Shown: positions 26,187 through 39,590, numbered from the stretch's first letter. The stretch is 64,000 bases of DNA from Octopus sinensis (GCF_006345805.1 NC_043008.1:13268001-13332000), one strand, 5' to 3'. Translations and numbers: made by a program. Notes: generated by a model from the letters alone, not told the origin.

Positions 26187-26596
26187 AGGCGCAGGAGTGG
26201 CTGTGTGGTAAGTAGCTTGCTTACCAACCACATGGTTCCGGGTTCAGTCCCACTGTGTGGCATCTTGGGCAAGTGTCTTCTGCTATAGCCCTGGGCCGAC
26301 CAATGCCTTGTGAGTGGATTTGGTAGGCGGAAACTAAAAGAAGCTCGTCGTATATATGTATATATATATATATATATGTGTTTGTATGTCTGTGTTTGTC
26401 CCCCTAGCATTGCTTGACGACCGATATTGGTGTGTTTACGTCCCCGTCACTTAGCGGTTTGGCAAAAGAGACCGATAGAATAAGTACTGGGGCTTACAAA
26501 AAGAATAACTCCTGGGGTTGAGTTGCTCGACTAAAGGCGGTGCTCCAGCATGGCCGCAGTCAAATGACTGAAACAAGTAAAAGAGTAAAAAGAGAG
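26187..26596 (+). mobile_element. SINE group A, full length
   Basis: Head, body and tail are all present. Flanked by (TA)n. Confidence 0.9.
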
Positions 26597-26667
<71 letters not shown>

Positions 26668-26779
26668 TGGTATTATTAAAATACCACCACAAGCGGTAGC
26701 GAATTATCAGCCGTACAGGCAAATTAATAAAATATATACATACAATATTAGATATGTACATATCTAATATTGTATGTAT

Positions 26780-26892
<113 letters not shown>

Positions 26893-27701
26893 TGTGAGTA
26901 GGTGCGTTCGACTTCATAAGTATCGGTTGCATTACTTCCAAAATGTATTTTTCTACCGCTCAATTCGAAACATTTCATTGAAAATATCAGGTGATTTAAG
27001 AATATTTATTCCTACTGGTAACACATGTTCCATTCTTGAAGATTTTACTCCAGTTCATGATATGTTCTTGAGATTAGCAAGTGTTTCGTATCAAAATCAT
27101 TTCATATTATATTCCCAGCATCTGTGTGATATCTCTTGCTAGCTGTTTGTATACAACGTAAATTTATTGTGTTCTTTCATCGTATCGTGATACAAAATAC
27201 GGTGTAGGCTACACAGAAGCGATCGTGTGTTGATTGACATATAAACGAATTATGTAACAATCTACTTCAAATGTTTAATCTATGGTTAGATGTAATATAT
27301 TTTGTGTAATTTAGATTCCGGTTATTTTCATTCAAATGATATAGTCTTTTATCTTTAATCATTTAGTTTGAGTTTTAATAAATCATGATATTTTCCCCGT
27401 TATATTTCCCGTTGAGGTTTATAAATTATTGAGTCGAAAATTTATGGCTTCGCTTGATAGTCGATGCACTTACATATGCTTTTGTCGACAAATATGTGTA
27501 TGGATCAATTAGTAAATATTATATTATGTTTTAGTAATCCTACTCCTGTAATAAAATATTTCAGAGTATTGAATGTGTCTTTCAATAAATCTGAGGCATA
27601 TGTTCAACACCGCTAAAAATATGCTGCTATCATTCACATGTTGTCTTCTGCAGCAGTATCTTCACTTGCATAGACGAATATATTATGAAATATGCACAAT
27701 T

Positions 27702-28100
27702 AGGCGTAGGAGTGGCTGTGTGGTAAGTAGCTTGCTAACCAACCACATGGTTCCGGGTTCAGTCCCATTGCGTGGCATCTTGGGCAAGTGTCTTCTGCTA
27801 TAGCATCGGGCCGACCAATGCCTTGTGAGTGGATTTGGTAGACGGAAACTGAAAGAAGCCTGTCGTATATATGTATATATATGTATGTGTGTGTTTGTTT
27901 GTCTGTGTTTGTCCCCCTAGCATTGCTTGACAACCGATGCTGGAGTGTTTACGTCCCCGTCATTTAGCGGTTCGGCAAAAGGGACCGATAGTATAAGTAC
28001 TGGGCTTACAAAGAATAAGTCCCGGGGTCGATTTGCTCGACTAAAGGCGGTGCTCCAGCAAGGGCCGCAGTCAAATGACTGAAACAAGTAAAAGAGTAAA
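27702..28100 (+). mobile_element. SINE group A, full length, young
   Basis: Close to the consensus implied by the other copies. Confidence 0.9.
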
Positions 28101-28460
28101 GGCGTAGCTGTGTGGTAGGCGGCTTGCTTCACAGCCACATAGCCCTGTGTTCAGTCCCACTGCGTGGCACCTTGGGCAAGTGTCTTCTACAATAGCCTCA
28201 AGCCAGCCAAAACATTGTGATTGGATTCCTTAAACGGAAACTGAAAGAAGCTCATTGTATGTATCTTCGCGTTTGCATTAATCCCCACCCCTTCGCTTAA
28301 CAACCAATGTTGGTGTGTTTATGTTCCCGTGACTTAGTAGTTCGGCAAAAAACTGATAGAATAAGTACAAAGCTTAAAATATGTACTAGCATGGATTCTT
28401 TCAACGAGAAAATTATACAAGGGGAGGCTCCAGCGAGACTGTAGTCTACTAACTGAAAGT
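28100..28460 (+). mobile_element. SINE group A, old diverged copy abutting the previous one
   Basis: GTTCAGTCCCACTGCGTGGCACCTTGGGCAAG...GATAGAATAAGTAC...GGCTCCAGC. Confidence 0.8.
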
Positions 28461-28661
28461 AGGTTTCAATTATTTCTAATATGAATATAATACGTACATA
28501 TATACATTTTTCTCTAAGTAGATATTCTTCTCGTGAATGTTGTGGTAATATTTGTATTATAAACTCAGTAGAGGATTTCTTTGAGATTTTATAAAATAAT
28601 TAACCAAACGTTATGTCATTTTCGACTGAAGAGATACAGTAAGTAATATCAATTCAATTAA

Positions 28662-28915
28662 AAGGCGGCGAGCTGGCAGAATCGCTAGCGCGCCGGACGA
28701 GTTGCTTAGCGGTATTTCGTTTGCCGCTACGTTCTGAGTTCGAATTCCGCCGAGGTCGCCTTTGCCTTTCATCTTTTCGGGGTCGATAAATTAAGTACGA
28801 GTTACGCACTGAGGTCGATGTAATCAACTTAATCCCTTTGTCCTCTCTGTGTTTAGCCCCTTGTGGGTAGTGAAGAAATACAAGTAGGTATTTCGTGTAT
28901 CTTTCTGTTCTGAGT
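28662..28915 (+). mobile_element. SINE group C with the start of a second unit
   Basis: AAGGCGGCGAGCTGGCAGAATCG head, GAGTTCGAATTCC B-box-like motif, and a unit restart GGTATTTCGT near 28887. Confidence 0.85.
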
Positions 28916-28988
28916 TCCAACTAAATTGTTTCTCAATTTTCTTATTTGTATTATATATATACTGTGTGTGTGCCTGTCTGTCTGTTTG

Positions 28989-29024
<36 letters not shown>

Positions 29025-29677
29025 AACCGCTTTACAATTTCACTTACTTGACCGAAATCATAAGCTCCCATCCACATATCCAACAATGTGCCTCCGCTTT
29101 TCTATATATTTATCTAAAAAACAGGAATAATCTTCTTGGCATCATAATCACATTATTCACATTAATAATGTACAACTAACTTTTATCAGATATACTTTTC
29201 TCAAAATCTAGGACCTTCATTAACAACGTCTTTGCGATTGAAGAATAAAATCCCGCTACGTTGGGAATCTACCGTTTTCTTCTCTTATATCACACAAAAC
29301 TTTCCAATACTTCTAATCTTTTAAAACAGTGTTTTTCTATTATCCTTTCTTAATTATATCTTACTCAGGCTTTGCTGGCCTAATTAATATAATCTTAATG
29401 ACAATCTACCAGTTCAGTTTATCATAGTCATATTCAAGTGCTGTGAAACGTAACCTAACCGCCATACATTCGGCTACATCATCTGTTTGCAGTTAACTCT
29501 TTGGCTTCTAAATCAAAAGAATATAATATTAGTTTGGAGACTCCATATAAAAATGTATCATTTGATAAAGGCCTCAGATTTCAGATTATGTCTATACACG
29601 ACAGGATTTTGTAGTGAGATGCAATTAGATAGTAATGAATCTACAATTTCTGCTTGAACTGAGCATATGATAGTTAT

Positions 29678-29740
<63 letters not shown>

Positions 29741-30710
29741 CTAAAGTTTAAATCATTTACACCATCATTTGTGATAAAATCCCATTCTCCTTGTTGATTA
29801 TATCCCATAATCTTGAACGCTAAACGCAAATAGCTAAGTAATTATTTGATTATCAACGGAACACAGAACATTTTCAATGGATCTTTTCAGTAAGTATCCT
29901 CGCAGGAATCCCTTTGTATCATCTAATGAGAAATCGTTATCAATAAAGCATTCGTGGGATTTATATTGCGTTATTTATTTGCTTAATTATTAATATATCC
30001 ATCATGCCTCTTTAATCAGGTTTATTTCCTTTGTAATGCACTTGGCGGTTGTAAACATGGATCAACAGAGCCTAACTCAGATTGTTCACAAGGCTACCGT
30101 TTAAACTGATAGCGAAACATATGTGATGTTAATGAAGACACATTGCCCTTAGGGAACCCTGAACGTCATCTGTTAACAGCTATATTGTCTCAAGAACTGA
30201 ATTTGCCATCAATTGGAAGTGCATTAAATAATACATAAAACCCAGTTACTGCCAGGTAAATTTCAGATTTAGCTTAGATTGATGCCAAGAAATCAAATTG
30301 ATATGACAATGGAAAACAAATCGATGTGTCAGCTGGTTTATATATATACAGAACGGCTGGTTATTAAATCTTGCATGGTTTATTTTTGTGTAATTATTTA
30401 TTGTTTGAATCTAATATTTGTCTAAATACATAATATATGATATAATATAATACATAATATGGCCAATATATCATTAAATTGCCGATGTAACTGTCTTTAT
30501 ACTTGCGCTGCACCTGCTCACATCCGTCTGCTAGCAATGAATCAAATTCACATCCAGCTATATCAGGCATGGAGTGTTGTTCGTTATATAATACTTTTTT
30601 ATATCACACATTCCTTTACTCAAGCTTCATATTCATGCGCACACACATCATCTCACACAGGTAATCACATCGCCAACCGACACACGCACATGCACAAATG
30701 CAGAAGTATG

Positions 30711-30741
<31 letters not shown>

Positions 30742-30744
<3 letters not shown>

Positions 30745-31040
30745 AGGACCAGCTTCGGCAACAGCCTGGGCTTCAAGGGCCCATAGCTTTTTAATATTCT
30801 CCCAAAGAGTCTGAGAAACTTGCACAAAGTAGATGTAGTGGTTCCTAAATCAAAGCTGGACATCTTCCTGTCAAGAGTCCCAGATGAACCTACCTCACGG
30901 CAGGAGGTGCAAATGAGAGTAGCTATATCAAACTCTATTCTTCACCAAGTGCCACATATTAGAAGAGGTTCTTCGTAATAACAGTGTAGCACAAAATTGC
31001 GGTGCATCAGCATGGCCGCAGCTCTGAGCTGAAACTAGAG
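30742..31040 (+). mobile_element. 5'-truncated CR1/L2-group (Crack/Daphne-like) LINE: ORF2 C-terminus plus 3' UTR
   Basis: 30742-30978 translates as TRTSFGNSLGFKGP*LFNILPKSLRNLHKVDVVVPKSKLDIFLSRVPDEPTSRQEVQMRVAISNSILHQVPHIRRGSS*. This fits the LFNxLPxxLRN...LDxFL..VPDEP...SNS C-terminus recalled for this LINE group. One in-frame stop. Confidence 0.75.
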
Positions 31041-31321
31041 AGAGAAAAAAATATATAATTAAAATTAAAATGAGGGTGAAAAAATTGGAGATTAATTTGA
31101 TAACATCAATTTAACACCATTGGTCTAGCATATTAAAAAAATTGAGGTTCAGTAAATAGTATTACATACATATGAGAGGGATTACCACTATGTGGACAAC
31201 CCCTATGCTAGAAGTAGACCTGTTATGGTCTTACCACTAAGAAATGAGAACATTTCTAAGTGGTAAGACCATAGCGGATCTACTTCTAGATGTACTTCTA
31301 TTTCTCATATCTATATAATAG

Positions 31322-31389
<68 letters not shown>

Positions 31390-32309
31390 CACATATGTAT
31401 ATATACTTATAAAAAGCAAAATCATATTGTTTTTTTCTAATTTCACCGCTGAACACACAAAATAAAAATTGCTAATATTTCAGGTTTTTCGCGTCATTTC
31501 AATTAATATGGCCATTCCACATACAATTGTGCACGTATTTTCCAAAAGTGATTTGGAGTGCCTGAATTGGTGTGTGTTTTGATCTATAAATATAGCTCCC
31601 AATAAATTTGTTGAGTGCTCTTCCTTCCTTTATCCACTCGTGTATATGTATATATATGTGTGTGTGTGCATGTGTGTGTGTGCATCTGTGTGTGTGCATA
31701 TATATTATAAATATGCACATATATATAATATATATGTGCATATCTACACACACACAATATATCTATCTATCTCTCTACCTAGCTAGCTATATATATATAT
31801 ATATATATCGGATATTCAAACACACTGCTCACTCATAGGCTCTTCATGTACTTAGAAGGTGCATGTGCAACGCAGTTCATCACACATCATAAAAATGTAG
31901 TTCTTATAGGAAAATATCAATAAAAAATTAACATTTTGTACAGAATTTCCCATAAAATAGATAATGAGTTATGGAAGCACTATTCATATCACTTCAAAAC
32001 ATATTTTTAAAAAACGCTAACGTAAACGCAACGGAGACATACACACGTCGCAAGCAGGATGTGCACTTTCTTGATATAAGTATAACGATCAAAATTGTAC
32101 TTTGTTTTGTAGAAGACTACCGTACACATTTTCTCAAAAATCTGCGTAAATGATTGTCACCTATTATACAATCATACTAAAATACCTGGATACAACTCAC
32201 TCAATAAGAACTCACTACTTCAATGGACCATAAACAAAACTTGACTTTAAAAGGATTTAGATAATCCTATCAAGTGGTGCTATTAAGTTAGACATGACCG
32301 GGACCAATC

Positions 32310-32690
32310 TTAGGTCGAAACATATCTAAGTTTTCTTTTATCTTACTAAACAGTAGCACTCCATATTTGGATGGTGAGAGACTGAGAATGTCTAAAAATA
32401 TCCGTAACCATGAAATTAAGGATCATTATCAAACAACAGATGAACGTTCACCTAACCTCAATTTAGATGTATTTGTATAGCAGATGGAGACTGTGGTCAA
32501 AACCTTCTTGGAGAGAGTTGTTGATTGAAGGTTATATGTGAAGAGGCGGGATTTGCCTCGCTGATATACCTGCGGAAAGAACGAGCAGTGGTTATCGGTA
32601 AATATCTATGACTTCACAAGTTCCAAGTTCTGGCATCTTAATTTCCCCAATTGTAACAGCTTACATTGCTATGTGTGGTACCAACTCTTC
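32310..32690 (+). mobile_element. Decayed Tc1/mariner transposase fragment (catalytic region, DD37D/maT-like)
   Basis: METVVKTFLERVVD*RLYVKRRDLPR*YTCGKNEQWLSVNIYDFTSSKFWHLNFPNCNSLHCYVW matches the pattern VVKPW.ERV..GRPYVWQQDSAP.H...QxWL..NF.DF....WPPNSPDxNPxDYYVW. Contains stops. Confidence 0.75.
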
Positions 32691-32704
32691 TTGTAAAACC
32701 AATA

Positions 32705-32915
32705 TACAGGAGTGAGTGTTGAAAATTCCCTAGTTTGGAGTAAATTTGAATACAGGAGGATCAGTTAATTATGGTTTTATTCTCAGATTCACACACTTAT
32801 TGTAGCGGTGCTTCAGTTTTTTTATAAGACCTGTCAAATAACTTGGAAGGTTAGTTCTCAAGCCAGGGCTTTTGCGAGTCCCATCAAGCCAAGAACGTTT
32901 CAACACTTCCTGGTA
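32705..32915. mobile_element. Tc1/mariner-type MITE, TA-flanked
   Basis: Termini TACAGGAG..GTGTTGAAAATTCC / AAGAACGTTTCAACACTTCCTGGTA. The internal sequence is shared with 4366. Confidence 0.65.
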
Positions 32916-32954
32916 TACACAAGCTCGTGTATATATATGCGTATGTGTTTTTTT

Positions 32955-33181
32955 TTTTACTGCCCACAAGGGGCTACACACAGAAGGGACAAAGAAGGAC
33001 AGACAAACGGATTAAGTCGATTATATCGACCCCAGTGCATAACTGGTACTTTATTTAATCCCACCCCGAAAGGATGAAAGGTAAAGTCGACCCCGGCGGG
33101 ATTTGAACTCAGAACGTAACGGCAGACGAAATACTGGTAAGCATTTCGCCCGGCGTGCTAACGATTCTGCCAGCTCGCCGC
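32955..33181 (-). mobile_element. SINE group C, single unit
   Basis: Complete head to CTTGTGGGCAGTAAAA end on the minus strand. Confidence 0.88.
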
Positions 33182-33627
33182 GTATTTGTTTGTCTCATAT
33201 ATACATCAAAGGCCCAAGTACGTTTCAAGTTATTCTCCTAAGAGCTTATTCATTTCTTTTTTGTATTTCTGCATAAGAAACTTGCAGTTTGGAATATTTG
33301 CCACATTTAGTTCTTGTTGCCGACAATTCCGGATAATCTCTTAGTTGTTATCAAGTTGTCAGGTTTGTTAGCGTATATACAGCCTCTTTCATTCTGAGCA
33401 GTCATTATCTATGAAAACCTCATCACTAGAATATGACAGTTAGGTTTCTGAACTAGGAATGATATTAAGTTAGACAAGTTAAAAGAAAAAGTAGCAACGT
33501 ACATAATAAACAATACACGTTTCCATATGCGTGAAGTATATATTTATTCAATCATTCTTCTCAGTCTGCAGAGAAATGGCTAAAACATTGCCCTGTTTAT
33601 AATTATACCATATGTTACATAGATAAA

Positions 33628-34152
33628 TTTATTTATTGGCCACACAGGGCTGCACACAGATGGGACAAGTTACAAGGTAGAGCTTTTCTTTTGGGGGAGA
33701 AAAAAAAAGGTGGCGTAGGTTTTCGATCAAAATGGATCGTAAAAGGGAAAAGGAACAAAAGAAAAGAAAAATGAAAAAAGAAGAAAAAAGAGGAAAAAGG
33801 GGAAGAGGAAAAAAACGATCTATAGGGATCGTGTATCACAGTGTCATGATGTATGGTGTAAAGGGGAAAGCAAGTAAGGTTTATCCGTGGGAAGAAAAAG
33901 CCTACGAAAAAGACCACGATAACCTTGGTCACTATTGTTATATGTTACCACATTTGTTTGCAAGTGGGTAACCCTCTGCTTTCAATTTCTGGGTTCATAG
34001 GATTATGCTCAAGGTGGCTTCGTCATTCATACGTGCCATCCTTGCTACATTCACCCATCTTTTTTTAAAACGTTCGCTAGACAAAACTTGCCTCTCTACT
34101 CTCACTTTCCTTTTCAAGTGGTACTTGAAGAAGTTGATGAGAGGTTGATCGC

Positions 34153-34154
<2 letters not shown>
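33628..34154 (-). mobile_element. 5'-truncated L1/Tx1-like LINE 3' end
   Basis: The minus strand reads DQPLINFFKYHLKRKVRVERQVLSSERFKKRWVNVARMARMNDEATLSIIL*, followed by a T-rich 3' UTR ending GCCAATAAATAAA. This matches the FFxxL...E....F...W terminus typical of L1/Tx1 ORF2. Confidence 0.65.
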
Positions 34155-34195
<41 letters not shown>

Positions 34196-34359
34196 ATATA
34201 TAGTTGCATTTTATAGAAAAACCGACGACGAAGATGAGTATATGAACAGCAAGGAAGTTTATTAGTGTAATTCTTGTATGTTTCGAGCCTACGCTCTTCA
34301 ACAGAAAGGAATAAGGGGAAAGAAACACAGAGAATGAAGAAAAACATGTAATGTTCAAC

Positions 34360-34735
34360 GGTGGGGTGTATATATTAGCGTCTGAACTACGAAAAATGCA
34401 AATAACACAGACATCTCATTTTAACAGATATATTTACCAAAATTACATAAAAATATTTTGAAATACAAAAGATTAAATATATTCAATAAAATCGCAATTG
34501 GCCTCAACCACGGACTCCGGACGACTTCGGAATCTCCTGCAACTCATCTTGACAGTCTCTTTGTTTACATTAGTGAATGCGGCCATAATCTTTGTCTTGG
34601 TGTTACAAGGAGTTTTGTTGGTCTATCAGTCAACTGTACTCCAAACATAATAATCATCGTGTTCGCAGTCTGGAGAGTTAGATAGCAAGATTTTAGTCCG
34701 GAAAAGTTTTCATACAATCTCGTATGCATGTGTGT
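34360..34735 (-). mobile_element. Decayed Tc1/mariner transposase C-terminus plus right end
   Basis: The minus strand reads NSPDCEHDDYYVWSTVD**TNKTPCNTKTKIMAAFTNVNKETVKMSCRRFRSRPESVVEANCDFIEYI*. This matches the NSPDxNPxDYYVW...RxRLEAVVEANGxFIE terminus. Confidence 0.8.
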
Positions 34736-35044
34736 CCTTTTACCGATCAAGTGTACCAATGACATGTTCTTCGTGAATGATACGCGTAAACGCAGTTGGA
34801 GAACATCTATATGATGTAACGTATAATTACTCTTTCATATATTATACTCGTAGAATGAGACGAGTGTGTAGGAAGACTTACTATAAATGCTTTCAAATAT
34901 TCGCAGAGAAGTACTAAGTCTTTGTCAATCTATCTTTCTCTACATCTATCTCCCTATCTAGGAATTGATCTCATCCTCTCTCTCTCTCTTTGTCTGTCTG
35001 TATACACGCGCACACACATATGTATGTACATACATACGTATATA

Positions 35045-35077
<33 letters not shown>

Positions 35078-35134
35078 CGTACATAGATATAATTGTATGT
35101 GTGTGTGCATGTATGTATATTATGTATATGGGAG

Positions 35135-35168
<34 letters not shown>

Positions 35169-35879
35169 AGTGCTAGAGACAGAGGGAAAAGTGAGAGAGA
35201 AACTTGCGTACGAGAAAGTATACGCTGAATTATGTTTCGCTTTGTTGTTGGATCACACTCATATACACGTAAACAAACGCATTCAAATATACTTGCACGT
35301 CTAGAAATATTTGTGTGTGTGTGTGTGTGTGTGTGTCGGTGTTTGTGTGTAATTTAACAATAAAAGCAAATAATACTTAAACTTGCTCTATCCAGTTTTT
35401 TTTTATCTATTTCAAATATATATAACACCTGAATGATATTTGTCTTAATTTATCTTTCCACTAATTGAATATATTTCGAGAATCGATACTAAAATCCTAT
35501 TATGTGTTCCTCTTAGAAATTTAGATTTACCAATGATACAACTTTTAAATTTAATTTAGAGAATATAACCTTATGCAGATATCAAAGTAATCGATCGCTA
35601 CAAATACAGCGAGCGTCCATATTTAGTCGGTTTTCCGTTTACGTTTATTTCTTTATCTCTTATTTAGCATGATTTATACTGGCAAACTATCAGACGTAGC
35701 TCTGATGAGATGTCAATCTTGAGTGCACCTTGGATTGTTCCTCGTCATGTCTGGTTTTGATCGCTGATGTATTCATGACAAAGTGAAGGCTGTGAAGATA
35801 CCGGATACGGATATTTCGTTTGTCACCGTTTCGACAGTTACAACTTTAAGATGCTGAATACAGAATGCAATTTCACAAC

Positions 35880-36378
<499 letters not shown>

Positions 36379-38313
36379 GTAACTGTCTGCAGAAACAAAC
36401 TTTTCCGTTACGTTATGGTTTCTATCACTCTATTGTGGAAGCACTATTCATATCCCCTCAAAAGAAAAACAAAAAGCTAATGCAACGGAGACATACACAC
36501 GTCACAAGAAGGATGTGCGCATGTTTGATATAAGTTTAATGATCAAACTTGTATTCTGTTGTGTTGAAGACTACCGTTCACATTTTCTCAAAAGATCTGC
36601 GTAAATGATTGTCACCTACTACACTATATTTGAAAGAAACGAGCATCGTTTGAAACTGGTTAAACCATTCGAAATCATATATGAAAGGAAACAAATTATA
36701 CGTTGAGATAAAAAGAAATAAATATATTTAATGAAACAAAATGTAATATACTGATATATTTAAAACGAAAATATTGATGCTACATATATATGAAATGACT
36801 GGCAATTATATAATTATATTTTATTGATTGTCTGTATATCTGAGATACAACTTACCTCTATTTTATAATTTGCTTTAGTATCATATGAAGAGTGCTGGTT
36901 ATGCAGAATTTAACAAATTTGATATAAAATAAAATATCGCAATAATATTATTACAACGTTATTACCCGCTAATATAGGTATAATTAAGATTTAAGTAAGA
37001 TTTTATGACTGCTACAGTCTAGCCGGTTCTATAATTTAGATCTAATTGAAACTTTACAAAATACATGACAATGATGACATTGGGTGTAAATATTAATCAA
37101 ATCTATTTGTAATTAATTCTATTAATATTATAGGTCAGAGACATATGAAAGTGTGAAGAAGTATGATCTCATGACATATGATTCGATAACTGGCCATCAA
37201 GTGACATAGCAAGGTTCATTTCGAATAGGAAGTAATGTAGTTTGTAGTTCAACTCAACAGTGCCTGCAACGAATTAAGCCAATGGTTAAGGGCTTGCAGA
37301 AATAAGTCCGTGTGTGTGTGTGTGTGTTTGTGGGCGAAGGCACGTGGCATAGTGGTTCGGTTGTTGTACTCACGATCTAGCGATCGTAAGTTCCAATCCT
37401 TGACTGACTAGTGAAGGCGCGTAGTTTTCGCCCACGCATTTTCTAAACGACCCTCACCTGTCAGTCAGCGAAGCTGATTCAGCGTCAAACTAAAGTAATT
37501 TTATAGACGCCCTATGACTCGTCAAAAGACATTTAACAATATTTACAGTGCAAGGTATAATTTACATGGGTATAATTTAAACACAATTAATTGAATTGTG
37601 TTTAAAGTATATTTTATTCAATATTATTTCAAAAATGTATTAGCACAGGCATGATAAACTATATATAACATAATTTAGGAATTTATCATTATTTAAACGT
37701 TATCACAAGCATCTCAATTTAGGCGCTAATAATGAGTACCATAACAAATGAAAATTAACAATAAATATGAATTTATTGATATTTTGTAATGTGGTGTTTG
37801 AATTTTTCTAAATTCTCGTTAATATCTAAAAAGAAAATATTTTATGGTAGAAATTATAAATAACCTTTTGTTTATTAAAGCTAGTTTAATTAAAGTTGTT
37901 AATCGTTATTACTAACATATTTATTGCAAAAATTACTTTTTTATTACAAATAAATATTATAAAATATTGTAATTATTGTTCTTTAGTTTCAGTACAATTA
38001 ATACACTTAATAAACCGTATTATAATAATTTTAGATATTGGAATGTATTTCATATTAAAGATTAATTCAGTTCGTGATATTACGATACAGTACTAATTAT
38101 TTTAATTAAACTACATCATAACTCCTAGTAAACACGTTATGTTTAGGGGTGCCAATAAAAAGTAAAATAAACACACGCACCGCTTCAATGTCGTTTCCGT
38201 ATTTTACCAATTGAGCAATCATATGGTTAGTTTTCTGTTGGAATGGTTTCGTCGTTATTCGTGACCTCATCAATGACTTTCCCTCACTCTTCAAATACTA
38301 CCTTGTGTCTGTT

Positions 38314-38543
38314 TCTTTTACTCTCTTACCATTTTACTAGTTTCAGTCATTTGACTGCGGTCATGCTGGAGCACCGCCTTTAGTCGAGCAAATCGACCCC
38401 AGGACTTATTCTTTGTAAGCTTAGTATATATTCTTTCGGTCTCTTTTACCGGACCGCTAAGTGACAGGGGACGGAAACACACCAGCATCGGTTGTCAAGC
38501 GATGTTGGAGGGGACAAACACAGACACACAGACATATACATAC

Positions 38544-38608
<65 letters not shown>

Positions 38609-38737
38609 TATACATATATACGACGCGCTTCTTTCAATTTCCGTCTACCAAATCCACTCACAAGGCTTTGGTCGACTCGAGGCTATAGTAGAAGACACTT
38701 GCCCAAGGTGTCACGCAGTGAGACTGAACCCGGAACC
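38314..38737 (-). mobile_element. SINE group A lacking the first ~45 nt
   Basis: Runs from GGTTCCGGGTTCAGTC to the tail on the minus strand. Confidence 0.88.
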
Positions 38738-39197
38738 TTATAGAAATAAGGTTTGTTGCCACATAATATTGTTATATAATAGAGGAAAGATGTTGCTTAC
38801 CTTCAAGGGACATTGTATATCTAATTCTTCAAAATAGTTTATAATATTCTTCGTACAGGCAAAGATTAAGAGAGTTTTTTTGCCGCAAAATTACCAACCG
38901 GGATTCAACCAGATTGTAACATAGTGATACTTTTTATGACTTGTGCGGACTTTTAATCGGATATGGTCAAGTGCATAGTTCGCTTTATTAGACAATTCGG
39001 CTTATTCTACAATTAAACGAATTTAATTTTGCGGATAGTCGTGTAAATTTGTTTAAATGTACAACTGATCGCATTTGATCAGGATATGGTCAAATTTGGT
39101 TAAATGGACTTCTGTATTTAGCCAGGTGGGCGACATTTCGAATTTAGAGTTACAGAGTTGATTCAAACAAGGAAAAGTGTACAAAGAGCAAATAGAA

Positions 39198-39590
39198 AAG
39201 GATTTCGACAAAAACTTTTGAAAAATTTTTCAAACGATTTTGAGAAAAATTTTGAAAAAATTTCAAATGATTTTCATAAAAAAAATTTTGAAAAAGTTTT
39301 CAAACGATTTTGAAAAAGAAAATTTGGAAATGTTTCCAATGGATTTTGACAAACTTTTCAAAAAGTTTTCGAAGGATTTTGACAAAAATTTTGAAAAAAA
39401 TTTTCAAAGGATTTTGACAAAACTTTTGAAAAATTTTCAAAAGATTTTCAAAAAATTTTCAAAGAATTTTGGAAAGAATTCCGAAAAATTGTCAACGGAT
39501 TTTGAGAAAAATTTTGAAAAAGTTTTCAATGAATTTCGACAAAAATTTTTTTAAAACTTTCAAAGGATTTTGACCAAAATTTTGAAGGAA
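39198..39590. repeat. Degenerate A/T-tract minisatellite (about 33-bp unit GGATTTTGACAAAAATTTTGAAAAAATTTTCAAA)
   Basis: GGATTTTGA recurs repeatedly, with alternating A4-6 and T4 tracts. Confidence 0.85.

Noticed and set aside
37576-37606. 13-bp-arm inverted repeat TTTAAACACAATT / AATTGTGTTTAAA
   Set aside because: Too short and AT-rich to distinguish from background.
39240-39554. 104-aa K/F-rich ORF
   Set aside because: It is a by-product of the A/T-tract minisatellite.
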